From assembly GCA_964575345.1 (NCBI GenBank), contig CAZNQD010000001.1, positions 33,145 to 97,144 of the forward strand: a DNA stretch of 64,000 bases, given 5' to 3'. A model generated the notes under the pieces. The model ran no database searches. It worked only from the letters and a program-made list of their open reading frames with translations, and was not told the DNA's origin. The position numbers were made by a program, and so were the translations under genes. Each line of letters starts with the position of its first letter. The stretch's first letter is position 1. Shown here piece by piece: positions 30,140-38,927 of the stretch. Source of the DNA: an uncultured Bacteroidales bacterium (GTDB lineage: Bacteria; Bacteroidota; Bacteroidia; Bacteroidales; UBA1402).

Positions 30140-30207
30140 TACTCTTCTAATTGATCCCGGGAGCTAAAGTTTTAAAATCAGACAAGCCTGAAATGAATTT
30201 TCTCACG

Positions 30208-30215
30208 TATATTTG
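30208..30215 (+). promoter_or_regulatory. -7 promoter box (TATATTTG) for pyrK-pyrD
   Basis: Perfect TAnnTTTG match 19 nt upstream of ATG 30234. Confidence 0.45.
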
Positions 30216-30233
30216 TGCATTCAACTCCTAATT

Positions 30234-31025
30234 ATGTCTTCGATCACAAACAAGAAAGTTTTAGATTTTATCTTATACGAAAAAGAAGAATGGCCAAATT
30301 CGGCCTTGATGAAATTTAAAACAGCCGAAGTTCTGCCGGAAATTTTTCCCGGACAATTTGTACAAGTTAAAGTAGAAGATTCCCCCGACACCTATTTAAG
30401 GCGACCTTTATCGGTTAATTTCATAGACAGGGAAAACTCCTGCTTGTGGTTATTGGTGCAAAAAGTAGGACCCGGAACCCGTAAATTAGCCGGCCTTAGC
30501 TTGAACTCAAAGGTAAATATGATACTTCCCCTGGGTAACTCTTTTACAATGCCCGAGCCTGCGAAGGATTCCTTACAACAAAAAATAATGCTGATTGGTG
30601 GAGGTATTGGCACTGCTCCCCTGCTTTTTTTAGGTAAAAGCTTGTATGAAAAGGCTTATCTTCCCATTTTCTTGTTGGGAGGACGCTCAGCAGCTGATAT
30701 TCTGCAAGTGGATCAGTTCAGACTTTACGGAAAGGTATATACAACCACTCAGGACGGCTCTATGGGAGAACGGGGGCTGGTGACCGAACACAGCATTTTA
30801 AAGGAAATGCAGCCTGACAGAATGTATTGCTGCGGCCCAAAACCAATGATGCAAGCCGTAGCTTCTCTGGCAAAAACGATGAATTGCTGGTGCGAAGTTT
30901 CCCTCGAAAATTTAATGGCTTGCGGATTTGGAGCTTGCCTCTGTTGTGTGGAAAAAACAACACGAGGCCATATTTGTACCTGCACCGAAGGTCCGGTTTT
31001 TAATATAAATCAACTGCTATGGTAG
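30234..31025 (+). CDS. pyrK: Dihydroorotate dehydrogenase electron-transfer subunit
   Basis: FAD-binding RRPLS motif and the C-terminal 2Fe-2S cysteine cluster CGFGACLCC...C.C. Its end overlaps pyrD by 7 nt. Confidence 0.9.
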   Translation: MSSITNKKVLDFILYEKEEWPNSALMKFKTAEVLPEIFPGQFVQVKVEDSPDTYLRRPLSVNFIDRENSCLWLLVQKVGPGTRKLAGLSLNSKVNMILPLGNSFTMPEPAKDSLQQKIMLIGGGIGTAPLLFLGKSLYEKAYLPIFLLGGRSAADILQVDQFRLYGKVYTTTQDGSMGERGLVTEHSILKEMQPDRMYCCGPKPMMQAVASLAKTMNCWCEVSLENLMACGFGACLCCVEKTTRGHICTCTEGPVFNINQLLW

Positions 31026-31933
31026 ATCTTTCAGTACAATTAAAGGCTCTGCGCCTGAAAAATCCCGTGATGACTGCTTCGGGCACTTTTGGTTACGGAG
31101 AAGAATACCTGGACTTTATGGATTTGTCACGAATAGGGGGTATAATTGTCAAAGGAACTACTATTCGCCCAAGAGAAGGTAACGATTATCCGCGGATGGC
31201 CGAAACAGCTTCAGGTATGTTAAATGCTGTGGGACTGCAAAATAGGGGTGTACATTATTTTGTAAAACACATCTATCCACGCATCTGCGACTTTAATACA
31301 AATGTATTGGTCAATGTCTCAGGCTCTACCGTGGAAGATTATGTTCAGGCGGCCGAAATTATACAGGAATTGGACAAGATTCCGGGTATTGAACTCAATG
31401 TTTCCTGCCCCAATGTCAAAGAAGGCGGAATGGCTTTTGGTGTGAGTTCACGGGCCTTGTGTCAGGTAGTCAAAGAAGTCAGGGCAGTTTATAAAAAACA
31501 CCTGATGTTGAAATTATCGCCCAATGTAACTGATATCACGGAGCTCGCCAAAACAGCCGAAGACCAGGGAGCCGACTCTCTTTCTCTAATCAATACTTTG
31601 CTTGGTATGGCCATAGATGCTGAAAAAAGACGTCCTAAACTTTCAACGGTGACAGGAGGTTTATCAGGCCCTTGCGTCAAGCCTGTTGCGCTGAGAATGG
31701 TTTGGCAAACATACAAAGCGGTCAAAATCCCTGTTATCGGCATGGGAGGTATCTCAAATACTGCCGATGCCATAGAATTTATGTTAGCCGGTGCATCTGC
31801 CATACAGGTAGGCACTGCCAATTTTATAGATCCGGCGGTGTCGGTAAGTATAGCCCAAGGCATAGAAGATTATTGCCGGCGACACGGTTTTAAATCGGCC
31901 AAAGAACTGACCGGAGCGCTTATGCTCGATTAG
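31019..31933 (+). CDS. pyrD: Dihydroorotate dehydrogenase 1B catalytic subunit
   Basis: [23 protein letters not shown] (catalytic Cys) and GMGGI motifs. Confidence 0.95.
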   Translation: MVDLSVQLKALRLKNPVMTASGTFGYGEEYLDFMDLSRIGGIIVKGTTIRPREGNDYPRMAETASGMLNAVGLQNRGVHYFVKHIYPRICDFNTNVLVNVSGSTVEDYVQAAEIIQELDKIPGIELNVSCPNVKEGGMAFGVSSRALCQVVKEVRAVYKKHLMLKLSPNVTDITELAKTAEDQGADSLSLINTLLGMAIDAEKRRPKLSTVTGGLSGPCVKPVALRMVWQTYKAVKIPVIGMGGISNTADAIEFMLAGASAIQVGTANFIDPAVSVSIAQGIEDYCRRHGFKSAKELTGALMLD

Positions 31934-32007
31934 TGCAAACAAATTGCAGGCAGACTAAAAAATGGCTTAGTGTGTTGAACAGCAATATCTTACGGATATT
32001 TGAAACA

Positions 32008-32691
32008 TCATTCGTCCAGCAAATCCGGCCGTAAGAGTCGGGTTCTTTCCAAAGATTGCTCCAATTCCCATTCCTGAATTTTACGCTGGTTCCCCGACAA
32101 TAATATATCCGGGACTTTCCAGCCTTTGTATTCTGCAGGCCTGGTATAGACGGGCGGTGCCAGCACCTGGTCCTGGAAGGAATCGGAGAGGGCAGATTGT
32201 TCGTCACCCAAAGCTCCCGGGACAAGCCTCACGATGCAATCCGTCATGACAGCGGCTGCCAATTCTCCACCGGTGAGCACATAATCGCCAATAGATATTT
32301 CTTTGGTTATCAGATGTTCACGTATGCGATGATCGATGCCTTTGTAATGTCCGCAGAGTATGATCAGGTTTTGTTTCAAAGAGAGTTGGTTGGCCAGTCC
32401 CTGATTGAACTTTTCCCCGTCGGGAGAGGTATAGATGATTTCGTCGTAATTACGCTCGTTGCGCAGATGAGAGATGACCCTGTCTACAGGTTCAATTTGC
32501 AGCACCATGCCTGCCGAAAAGCCGAAGGCATAGTCGTCAACCCGGCGGTGTTTAAGATCGGCAGAGTAATCGCGTAAATGATGCACATTGATGTCAACCA
32601 GCTTTTTATCTCTGGCTCTTTGTATTATGGAACAGTTTAAGGGGCCTTCCAGAAGTTCAGGCAAAACCGTAATAATATCAATGCGTAACAT
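32008..32691 (-). CDS. trmD: tRNA (guanine37-N1)-methyltransferase
   Basis: [15 protein letters not shown]-terminus and the [14 protein letters not shown] knot motif. I prefer ATG 32691. Confidence 0.95.
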   Translation of the reverse strand: MLRIDIITVLPELLEGPLNCSIIQRARDKKLVDINVHHLRDYSADLKHRRVDDYAFGFSAGMVLQIEPVDRVISHLRNERNYDEIIYTSPDGEKFNQGLANQLSLKQNLIILCGHYKGIDHRIREHLITKEISIGDYVLTGGELAAAVMTDCIVRLVPGALGDEQSALSDSFQDQVLAPPVYTRPAEYKGWKVPDILLSGNQRKIQEWELEQSLERTRLLRPDLLDE

Positions 32692-32706
32692 AGTCGTATT
32701 TTGGCA

Positions 32707-32714
32707 CAAAGATA
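32707..32714 (-). promoter_or_regulatory. -7 promoter box (TATCTTTG) for trmD
   Basis: Perfect TAnnTTTG match on the minus strand, 16 nt upstream of the ATG. Confidence 0.4.
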
Positions 32715-32794
32715 CAAAATTGCTCCGCATAAACTGCAGGGCGTCTTGTTTTCTACTTTGGCAGCCAGGCCGGCTTTTGCGGAGCCGTACAAGC

Positions 32795-33562
32795 TTAGCT
32801 GGCAGATAGCAATTCTTGTACTTTAATGTAAATCAAATCATCGATACAAACGTAAGTTGGGGTATTAATACCATACATGCCGGTGTCACTCGATTCAAAA
32901 TGCAGGCTGAGTTTGTTTAATTTGCCCAAGGAACTCAGATCCACAAATTGCCAGGAATTCAATAAAATCTTTTTGTTCTCTCTGAAATCGGCCAGATAAA
33001 AGACTTTTTGGGCGATGTAATCTCCATTGGCCTTGTAGGCTTTAAATATAATTCGCAGATAATCACCCTCTTCGAATTTCTTTGCAAAGGCATCGCCATC
33101 TCTCATAGACAGATATGCATAAGTAGAATTAGTAATTTGCATGCCTTTTATTATATGTTCCTGCTCTTGTTCGAATTGAATAAAACAGGAGGAATCGGCA
33201 TCGTAAGCGCTGTAATATAAGAGGCCGAATTGTCTGCCTCCGGCGGCTTTGCCGGCACTGCAGCTGTATTGATTGCCAAAACCCGAGCTTACAGAATCGC
33301 ACATGGCACTGAGTGAAAAACCGTACCAGGTTTCAGAACTGTAAGTTACACCTTCCCATTCGTATTCCGAAAGGGTATAGCTGTTGTTAAAAACCATATT
33401 CTGATAATTGAAAACCCGGTCGTTTTGATAATTCTCAATAACAGGTTCTTCAAAACCGATACAGATCTCTTCTTCATGGACATTGACTACAGGCTCACAA
33501 GCCAACATTCCAATTAACAGCAGGCCTAGAGGTAAAGACCTGAAAATGTTTTTTTTATTCAT
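32795..33562 (-). CDS. DUF4465-like surface lipoprotein (BtuH-like candidate corrinoid-binding protein)
   Basis: Starting at ATG 33562 gives [22 protein letters not shown], a lipoprotein signal. The segment WYGFSLS...[16 protein letters not shown]...LLYYSAYD resembles my recollection of the DUF4465 signature. A cobalamin riboswitch lies upstream. Confidence 0.65.
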   Translation of the reverse strand: MNKKNIFRSLPLGLLLIGMLACEPVVNVHEEEICIGFEEPVIENYQNDRVFNYQNMVFNNSYTLSEYEWEGVTYSSETWYGFSLSAMCDSVSSGFGNQYSCSAGKAAGGRQFGLLYYSAYDADSSCFIQFEQEQEHIIKGMQITNSTYAYLSMRDGDAFAKKFEEGDYLRIIFKAYKANGDYIAQKVFYLADFRENKKILLNSWQFVDLSSLGKLNKLSLHFESSDTGMYGINTPTYVCIDDLIYIKVQELLSAS

Positions 33563-33579
33563 AAATAAATGACATTTAT

Positions 33580-33620
33580 CGGGTTTCTGCAATAAAAACT
33601 TCGTAAAACGCAGAAACCCG
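33580..33620 (-). promoter_or_regulatory. Leader hairpin (candidate expression-platform element of the cobalamin riboswitch)
   Basis: Perfect 11-bp inverted repeat CGGGTTTCTGC (33580-33590) / GCAGAAACCCG (33610-33620) with a 19-nt loop. It ends 17 nt upstream of ATG 33562. Confidence 0.45.
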
Positions 33621-33779
33621 GTCCGTTTACAGAAGCCTTATATTTTTATATTGTGTTTGCCCTGCTCGCACAATGATTTCAACAACACGATGACACCGCG
33701 TGCATTTTCGGATTTTGGGGTAGAAAAAGATCCTTGAGGAAAACTTTTTCAGCTCTTGTTCCCGAAAGCATTGAAAATA

Positions 33780-33945
33780 CTAACCGGCAGGTTTTCTGAC
33801 TTGATTCACTTTGTCACCTTCCCGTCGAACAGACAGTGGTTTGCAGAAACAAAGCCTTGTAAGAATCTTACAGCAGCGGGCACTGTTCCGGATTTGCACC
33901 GGATTCCCTTTTATGCCGGTTCCGAAAGAACAGGCTTCACCAGTC
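33780..33945 (-). promoter_or_regulatory. Cobalamin (B12) riboswitch aptamer
   Basis: The minus strand reads ...AAAAGGGAATCCGGTGCAAATCCGGAACAGTGCCCGCTGCTGT...ACCACTGTCTGTTCGACGGGAAGGTG...AGTCAGAAAACCTGCCGGTT. This gives the GGGAA/GGTG..AA.CC core, the CCACTG..GGGAAGG element and the B12 box. The closing stem is AACCGGC/GCCGGTT. Confidence 0.85.
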
Positions 33946-33950
33946 GGGCA

Positions 33951-33958
33951 CAAAGTTA
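33951..33958 (-). promoter_or_regulatory. -7 promoter box (TAACTTTG) for the B12 riboswitch transcript
   Basis: Perfect TAnnTTTG match on the minus strand, just upstream of the aptamer. Confidence 0.45.
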
Positions 33959-34016
33959 GTTTTAATTGACATAGAGCAAAAACAAAAACCGATTTTTTTA
34001 TAAGTATATTTTTGTT

Positions 34017-34024
34017 TACATTTG
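34017..34024 (+). promoter_or_regulatory. -7 promoter box (TACATTTG) for the DUF3078 gene
   Basis: Perfect TAnnTTTG match 47 nt upstream of the ATG. A second match, TATTTTTG, lies at 34007-34014. Confidence 0.35.
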
Positions 34025-34070
34025 CAGCCTTTAAAATGTATATTTATTGACTCATTAATCAAAACAGTTT

Positions 34071-34943
34071 ATGAAAATCAAATTACTTTTTATAGCAAGC
34101 TTGTTCTCAATAGCTTTGTTTGCTCAGGAAAATGCCGAAGAGGTCAAAGGACCCTGGACGTATCAAGGTATCACCGGCTTGAATTTTTCGCAGACTTCTT
34201 TTACGAATTGGAGTGAAGGTGGTGAAAATTCAGTGGCCGGCAACGTGTATTTGAACGCCTCTTTGAATTACGTCAAGGACAAAGTATCGTGGACCAACGA
34301 CTTAAGTACTAATTTTGGTATGTATTACACTACCGAAAACAATTGGAGAAAGAATATTGACAATATTAATTTCGCTTCCAAGTATGGCCGTAATATAACT
34401 AAGGTTTTATATTATGCCGCCCTGCTTGATTTTAAAACCCAGTTTGCCAATGGCTATAACTATGCTGTCAGTACTACAGACCGGGTTTCCGGTTTTATGA
34501 CCCCTGCTTACCTGAATCTTTCGGTAGGTGTGGATTATAAACCCAACGAACATTTTAGCGCGTATTATTCTCCGGTTACCGGTAAAATGACGTTTGTTTC
34601 GGATACCACCTTTTCGGTAAATTACGGCCTGCAGGCCGGTAAGAAAAATCGCGCAGAGTTGGGTAGCAGCTTCAGGGCCTCAGCCAATTACGATGTATTC
34701 AAGATAGTTAACCTTAAGTCCAACCTGGATTTATTTACGGCGTACAGTCAAAGTTTCGGCAAAGTTGATGTCAATTGGGAAGTGTTACTCAACCTCAAGG
34801 TAACTGAATTGCTTACGGTTACCTTCCAATCTACTCTGCGTTACGACGACGACATCAAATTCATTGACTCCAATGGTAATTTAGGTCCTGCAAGAGTTCA
34901 GTTTAAAGAAGTGCTTGGTGTAGGATTGTCTTATAAATTCTAA
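34071..34943 (+). CDS. DUF3078 outer-membrane beta-barrel protein
   Basis: Signal peptide, the GLNFSQTSFTNWSEGGENS motif characteristic of DUF3078, and a C-terminal ...GLSYKF beta-signal ending in Phe. Confidence 0.8.
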   Translation: MKIKLLFIASLFSIALFAQENAEEVKGPWTYQGITGLNFSQTSFTNWSEGGENSVAGNVYLNASLNYVKDKVSWTNDLSTNFGMYYTTENNWRKNIDNINFASKYGRNITKVLYYAALLDFKTQFANGYNYAVSTTDRVSGFMTPAYLNLSVGVDYKPNEHFSAYYSPVTGKMTFVSDTTFSVNYGLQAGKKNRAELGSSFRASANYDVFKIVNLKSNLDLFTAYSQSFGKVDVNWEVLLNLKVTELLTVTFQSTLRYDDDIKFIDSNGNLGPARVQFKEVLGVGLSYKF

Positions 34944-34959
34944 GAATGTTTGATAAACG

Positions 34960-35013
34960 CTTTGAGCAATAAAGACTCAGCAAGCTCTTTGAGCAATAAA
35001 GGCTCAACCGGAT
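34960..35013. repeat. Two-copy tandem direct repeat (27-bp period)
   Basis: CTTTGAGCAATAAAG occurs exactly at 34960-34974 and at 34987-35001. The flanks extend the match (…ACTCAGCAA versus …GCTCAACC). Confidence 0.7.
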
Positions 35014-35043
35014 TTGCGAGCATAAATTAGGATTCATTCCAAT

Positions 35044-35086
35044 AAAAAAAGAGGCTGTCTCTAATTTCGGAGACAGCCTCTTTTTT
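35044..35086. terminator. Bidirectional rho-independent terminator
   Basis: A7 tract, then the perfect 11-bp stem GAGGCTGTCTC / GAGACAGCCTC (35051-35080) with an 8-nt loop, then a T6 tract. It sits between convergent genes. Confidence 0.85.
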
Positions 35087-35101
35087 ATTCAACATACAGC
35101 G

Positions 35102-35638
35102 CTACACCACTTTGTCCATACCTGCCTGTAACGCCTTTTCGTTCACAGGAATCAGTTTATGGTGTCTCACAGGCAGGGTTTTTCTTAAACCTTCCAGGAT
35201 AGATTTCAGTAGCACAACAGGCCGGACTTTCAGGTAAGCTCCCAGCACGATCATGTTGAAAGCCTTACTGTTATCCATAGCGGAAGCCATTTCCATAGCG
35301 TCTATGGTATGAATTCGGATATCTTTGCGCACAGGAGCCCGGGTAATACCGTGAGGATCGTATAGAAGTACTCCTCCGGGCTTGATTTTGGGCTCAAACT
35401 TATCCATCGACTGCTGGTTGAGAATGATGGCTGTGTCAAAGGAATTCAAAATGGGCGAGCTGATGCGTTCATCGCTGATGATGACAGTAACGTTGGCCGT
35501 TCCGCCTCTTTGTTCAGGGCCGTAGGCCGGCATCCAGCTGACCTCCTTGTTTTCCAGTAAGGCTGAATAAGCCAGAATTTTACCCATGGACAAAACGCCT
35601 TGTCCTCCAAAGCCGGATATAATTATTTCTTCTTTCAT
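35102..35638 (-). CDS. 2-oxoacid:ferredoxin oxidoreductase, gamma subunit
   Basis: 178 aa with an N-terminal GFGGQGV motif. It is the last gene of the delta-alpha-(small ORF)-beta-gamma operon. Confidence 0.9.
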   Translation of the reverse strand: MKEEIIISGFGGQGVLSMGKILAYSALLENKEVSWMPAYGPEQRGGTANVTVIISDERISSPILNSFDTAIILNQQSMDKFEPKIKPGGVLLYDPHGITRAPVRKDIRIHTIDAMEMASAMDNSKAFNMIVLGAYLKVRPVVLLKSILEGLRKTLPVRHHKLIPVNEKALQAGMDKVV

Positions 35639-35641
35639 TTT

Positions 35642-36400
35642 TTATTTGTCTTTTAAGTCACCCAAGGGGAAAAAAGGAAACATATTTTCAACCATCCATC
35701 GGTTGGCTTGTACAGGACTCATTTTCCAGCCCGAATTGCAGGTGGAAACGACTTCAACTACGCTGGTGCCCTTGCCCTCCATGGAATTTTCAAAAGCCTT
35801 ACGGATGGCTTTTTTGGTTTTCTTGACTGCAACAGCCGTATGTACGCTTTGCCGGGTTACGTAACAAGTTCCTTCGAGTTCGGCCAGCAGGTTGGTAATT
35901 TTGAGTGGATAGCCGTTTAATGCTACATTTCTTCCGTAGGGACAGGTGGAAGTCTTCATGTCTTCCAGTGTGGTGGGGGCCATCTGGCCGCCGGTCATCC
36001 CATAAATTCCATTGTTGATGAAAATAATGGTAATATTTTCGCCCCTGTTGCAGGCATGGATGGTTTCTGCGGTTCCAATCGCAGCCAGGTCGCCGTCTCC
36101 CTGGTAGGTGAACACCAGTTTGTCGGGACGCAGGCGCTTCATGGCTGTGGCCAGAGCAGGTGCTCTGCCGTGAGCCGCTTCTGCAAAGTCCACATCGATG
36201 TAGTTGTAAATGAAAACGGCACAACCCACCGGAGCCACGCCCATGGCTTTATCTTCCATGCCCATTTCTTCAATTACTTCGGCTATCATACGATGCACTG
36301 TTCCGTGACTGCAACCCGGACAATAATGCATCACATTGTCTTTGATGAGTTTTGATTTTTCGTACACCAGGTTTTCAGGTGCTATAATAGAATTATTCAT
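35642..36400 (-). CDS. korB: 2-oxoacid (2-oxoglutarate-type):ferredoxin oxidoreductase, beta (TPP-binding) subunit
   Basis: CPGCSHG cluster-binding motif and the TPP-binding motif GDGDLAAIG...NNGIYGMTGGQ. Confidence 0.9.
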   Translation of the reverse strand: MNNSIIAPENLVYEKSKLIKDNVMHYCPGCSHGTVHRMIAEVIEEMGMEDKAMGVAPVGCAVFIYNYIDVDFAEAAHGRAPALATAMKRLRPDKLVFTYQGDGDLAAIGTAETIHACNRGENITIIFINNGIYGMTGGQMAPTTLEDMKTSTCPYGRNVALNGYPLKITNLLAELEGTCYVTRQSVHTAVAVKKTKKAIRKAFENSMEGKGTSVVEVVSTCNSGWKMSPVQANRWMVENMFPFFPLGDLKDK

Positions 36401-36401
36401 A

Positions 36402-36572
36402 TTATTTCTTTTTTCGTATACGTAAAATGATTTCAGCCAGTTTACAAAGCACAGCGGCTATACCAGAGGCGGCAAACCAGAAAAACAGACCGGAGAAATA
36501 ACACACTATGGATAAAACAGCCAGAATAATGGCCAGAATGGACAGAGTGTATTTTAAGCCTTGCAGATCCAT
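36402..36572 (-). CDS. Small hydrophobic protein (56 aa), below the ORF-track size cutoff
   Basis: Manual translation gives MDLQGLKYTLSILAIILAVLSIVCYFSGLFFWFAASGIAAVLCKLAEIILRIRKKK*. Its ATG lies 1 nt after the alpha-subunit stop (TGAtATG), and its stop lies 1 nt before the beta-subunit ATG (TAAtATG). The ORF fills the whole alpha-beta gap. Confidence 0.55.
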   Translation of the reverse strand: MDLQGLKYTLSILAIILAVLSIVCYFSGLFFWFAASGIAAVLCKLAEIILRIRKKK

Positions 36573-36573
36573 A

Positions 36574-37647
36574 TCAGCTGATTTTTTTGAGTGCTACTAC
36601 AATTTCTTCGGGAGCCGGTACTATACCGCCCATACGGCCATAATGAGCGACTGGTACTTTTCCTTCGACTGCCAGACGAACGTCTTCGACCATTTGTCCG
36701 GCATTCAGCTCTACGGTCAAAATGGAACGAACCTGACGACAATAGCCTTCGATGGCTTTGGCAGGGAAAGGCCACAAAGTGATGGGGCGCAGCAGGCCTG
36801 CTTTAATACCTTGTTCACGCAAAAGCTCCACCGATTTTTGACAAATACGGGCAGCACAACCAAAAGCAACGATCAGATATTCTGCATCGTCACACATAAA
36901 GGTGTCGTAACGTACTTCGGCTGTTTCTACTTTGCGATAGCGTTCGTGGCGCTCCAGATTCCTTTTTTCCATTATGGCGGGATCCAGCTCCAGAGAACTG
37001 ATGATGTTTTGCGGACGCTTGTTGGTTCTTCCGCTCAGAGCCCAGGGGCAATTCCTGGCAATTTCATCGTCGGTGGCACGGGGCTTGAAGGCCGGTAAAC
37101 TGAGTTTCTCCATCATCTGCCCGATAACGCCGTCCGACAAAATAAGGGCCGGGATGCGGTATTTAAAGGATAAATCAAAAGCTAAACTCACAAAATCGGC
37201 CATTTCCTGCACTGAGTAAGGAGCAAGAACAATCAAATGGTAGTCGCCGTGTCCTCCTCCCTTGGTTGATTGAAAATAATCCGACTGGCTGGGTTGAATG
37301 GTGCCAAGGCCCGGGCCTCCACGCATAATATTTACAATCAGACAAGGTAAATCGGCTCCGCATAAATAGGAAATGCCTTCTTGTTTGAGGCTGACACCGG
37401 GACTGGACGAAGAGGTCATCACTTTTTTGCCGCAGGAAGCACCTCCAAATACCATGTTGATAGCAGCCACTTCGCTTTCGGCCTGGAGACATACCATTCC
37501 CGTGCTTTCCCAGGGTTGTTCTTCCATGAGTGTTTCCATAATTTCAGACTGGGGAGTGATAGGATAACCAAAGTATCCGTCACATCCGCAACGTATAGCT
37601 GCATGCGCAATGGCTTCGTTGCCTTTCATCAAATGTATTTCTTCCAT
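36574..37647 (-). CDS. korA: 2-oxoacid (2-oxoglutarate-type):ferredoxin oxidoreductase, alpha subunit
   Basis: The pattern MKGNEAIAHAAIRCGCDGYFGYPITPQSEI is typical of the pyruvate/2-oxoacid oxidoreductase alpha N-terminus. I prefer ATG 37647. Confidence 0.9.
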   Translation of the reverse strand: MEEIHLMKGNEAIAHAAIRCGCDGYFGYPITPQSEIMETLMEEQPWESTGMVCLQAESEVAAINMVFGGASCGKKVMTSSSSPGVSLKQEGISYLCGADLPCLIVNIMRGGPGLGTIQPSQSDYFQSTKGGGHGDYHLIVLAPYSVQEMADFVSLAFDLSFKYRIPALILSDGVIGQMMEKLSLPAFKPRATDDEIARNCPWALSGRTNKRPQNIISSLELDPAIMEKRNLERHERYRKVETAEVRYDTFMCDDAEYLIVAFGCAARICQKSVELLREQGIKAGLLRPITLWPFPAKAIEGYCRQVRSILTVELNAGQMVEDVRLAVEGKVPVAHYGRMGGIVPAPEEIVVALKKIS

Positions 37648-37649
37648 AA

Positions 37650-37874
37650 TCAAAGTTTTATTTTATATACCTTGAGGCAACCATCCGGACAAACATAAGC
37701 GCAATTGGCGCAGCCGATGCAGGCATCCGGTTGAGCCATATAAGCATAATTGTATCCTTTTTCGTTCACTTCTCTGGCTAGTGCCAGTACTTGGGAAGGA
37801 CAGGCGTCAACACACACCTCGCAACCTTTACACCGGTTGATATCCACCAACACTGCCCCTTTTATTTTTGCCAT
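37650..37874 (-). CDS. 4Fe-4S dicluster ferredoxin (delta subunit)
   Basis: Two cluster motifs are present, CKGCEVCVDACP and CIGCANCAYVCP. Confidence 0.9.
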   Translation of the reverse strand: MAKIKGAVLVDINRCKGCEVCVDACPSQVLALAREVNEKGYNYAYMAQPDACIGCANCAYVCPDGCLKVYKIKL

Positions 37875-37926
37875 AACATATTGGTTTATATGATTAATAC
37901 CTAAAACATCCTTTTATTGAAGGGCA

Positions 37927-37934
37927 ACAAAGGT
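37927..37934 (-). promoter_or_regulatory. -7 promoter box (TACCTTTG) for the oxidoreductase operon
   Basis: Perfect TAnnTTTG match on the minus strand, 53 nt upstream of the ferredoxin ATG. Confidence 0.45.
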
Positions 37935-37960
37935 AATGAATTAATTTTACAGAATAAGGA

Positions 37961-38779
37961 TCAGAGCATTTCTGACCAATAGTAGCAAGAGGGAAAAACA
38001 TCCTGCAGATTACATTCAGCCCTGAATAAACCAAAGATGGACGATCCGCTGCCCGACATGGAGGCATAGAGGGCTCCTGCCTCATAGAGGGCTTGTTTGA
38101 TATGGGCCAGTTCAGGATTCAGGGCAAAAACGCTTTTCTCAAAATCGTTGACCAGGCAGTCTTTCCAGTATTCAGGCGATTTACGAATGCAATCTGTTAA
38201 TGCAAAGTCCGGTTTTCCAGGTTTAATTCCCGCATAGGCTTCGCGGGTGGAAACCTGAATGTTGTTGGGAATCAGCAGAATTAAATAAAGTCCTTCAAGA
38301 GAAACAGATACTTCCTCAAAGCGATCTCCTTTATCGTAAGCCAGCAGGGGTCGGTTGCGAACAAAAAAGGCACAATCGGCTCCTAACTGAGCGGCGTAAT
38401 GTTCTAATTCCGGTTCAGACAAGCCAAGATTTTGGCTTTCGTTGAGCAGTTTTAACATAAAAGCGGCATCCGAAGAGCCTCCGCCCAATCCTGATCCGGC
38501 CGGAATGGATTTATGCAGCAATATTTCTAAAGGCTCGAGAGGAAATTCCTTTTGCAACAGTCGGTAAGCTTTTATTACCAGATTGTCACGGGGCTTGCCC
38601 TCGACAGGAATTCCACTCAGCTGTATATCTGTATTATTATCTTTATTGAGTGAAACGCATTCCAATATATCTTTAAGTCCGATAGGATAAAAAAGAGTTT
38701 CGATATTATGGTAATTATCAGAGCGTTTCTCCAGAACATGTAGACCAAGGTTGATCTTGGCATTGGGAAAACAAATCAT
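37961..38779 (-). CDS. ispE: 4-diphosphocytidyl-2-C-methyl-D-erythritol kinase
   Basis: GHMP kinase motif PAGSGLGGGSSDAA and N-terminal NAKINLGLHV. I prefer ATG 38779. Confidence 0.9.
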   Translation of the reverse strand: MICFPNAKINLGLHVLEKRSDNYHNIETLFYPIGLKDILECVSLNKDNNTDIQLSGIPVEGKPRDNLVIKAYRLLQKEFPLEPLEILLHKSIPAGSGLGGGSSDAAFMLKLLNESQNLGLSEPELEHYAAQLGADCAFFVRNRPLLAYDKGDRFEEVSVSLEGLYLILLIPNNIQVSTREAYAGIKPGKPDFALTDCIRKSPEYWKDCLVNDFEKSVFALNPELAHIKQALYEAGALYASMSGSGSSIFGLFRAECNLQDVFPSCYYWSEML

Positions 38780-38801
38780 AATCAAGCGTGTATTTGAGAT
38801 G

Positions 38802-38809
38802 CAAAAATA
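38802..38809 (-). promoter_or_regulatory. -7 promoter box (TATTTTTG) for ispE
   Basis: Perfect TAnnTTTG match on the minus strand, 23 nt upstream of the ATG. Confidence 0.4.
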
Positions 38810-38871
38810 AATAGATTAAATGATTTCTCCATTCGGATTTTTAAGATTCCGGTTAAAAGAATGTTGATAAG

Positions 38872-38879
38872 TATATTTG
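38872..38879 (+). promoter_or_regulatory. -7 promoter box (TATATTTG) for dnaB
   Basis: Perfect TAnnTTTG match 49 nt upstream of ATG 38928. Confidence 0.4.
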
Positions 38880-38927
38880 GGCATCAGGCATTTCTTCTGT
38901 ACTTTTGAAAGCATCAAATTCAACAGA

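Noticed and set aside
33756-33959. A 67-aa plus-strand ORF.
   Set aside because: It overlaps the cobalamin riboswitch aptamer on the opposite strand, and the conserved riboswitch elements explain this sequence.
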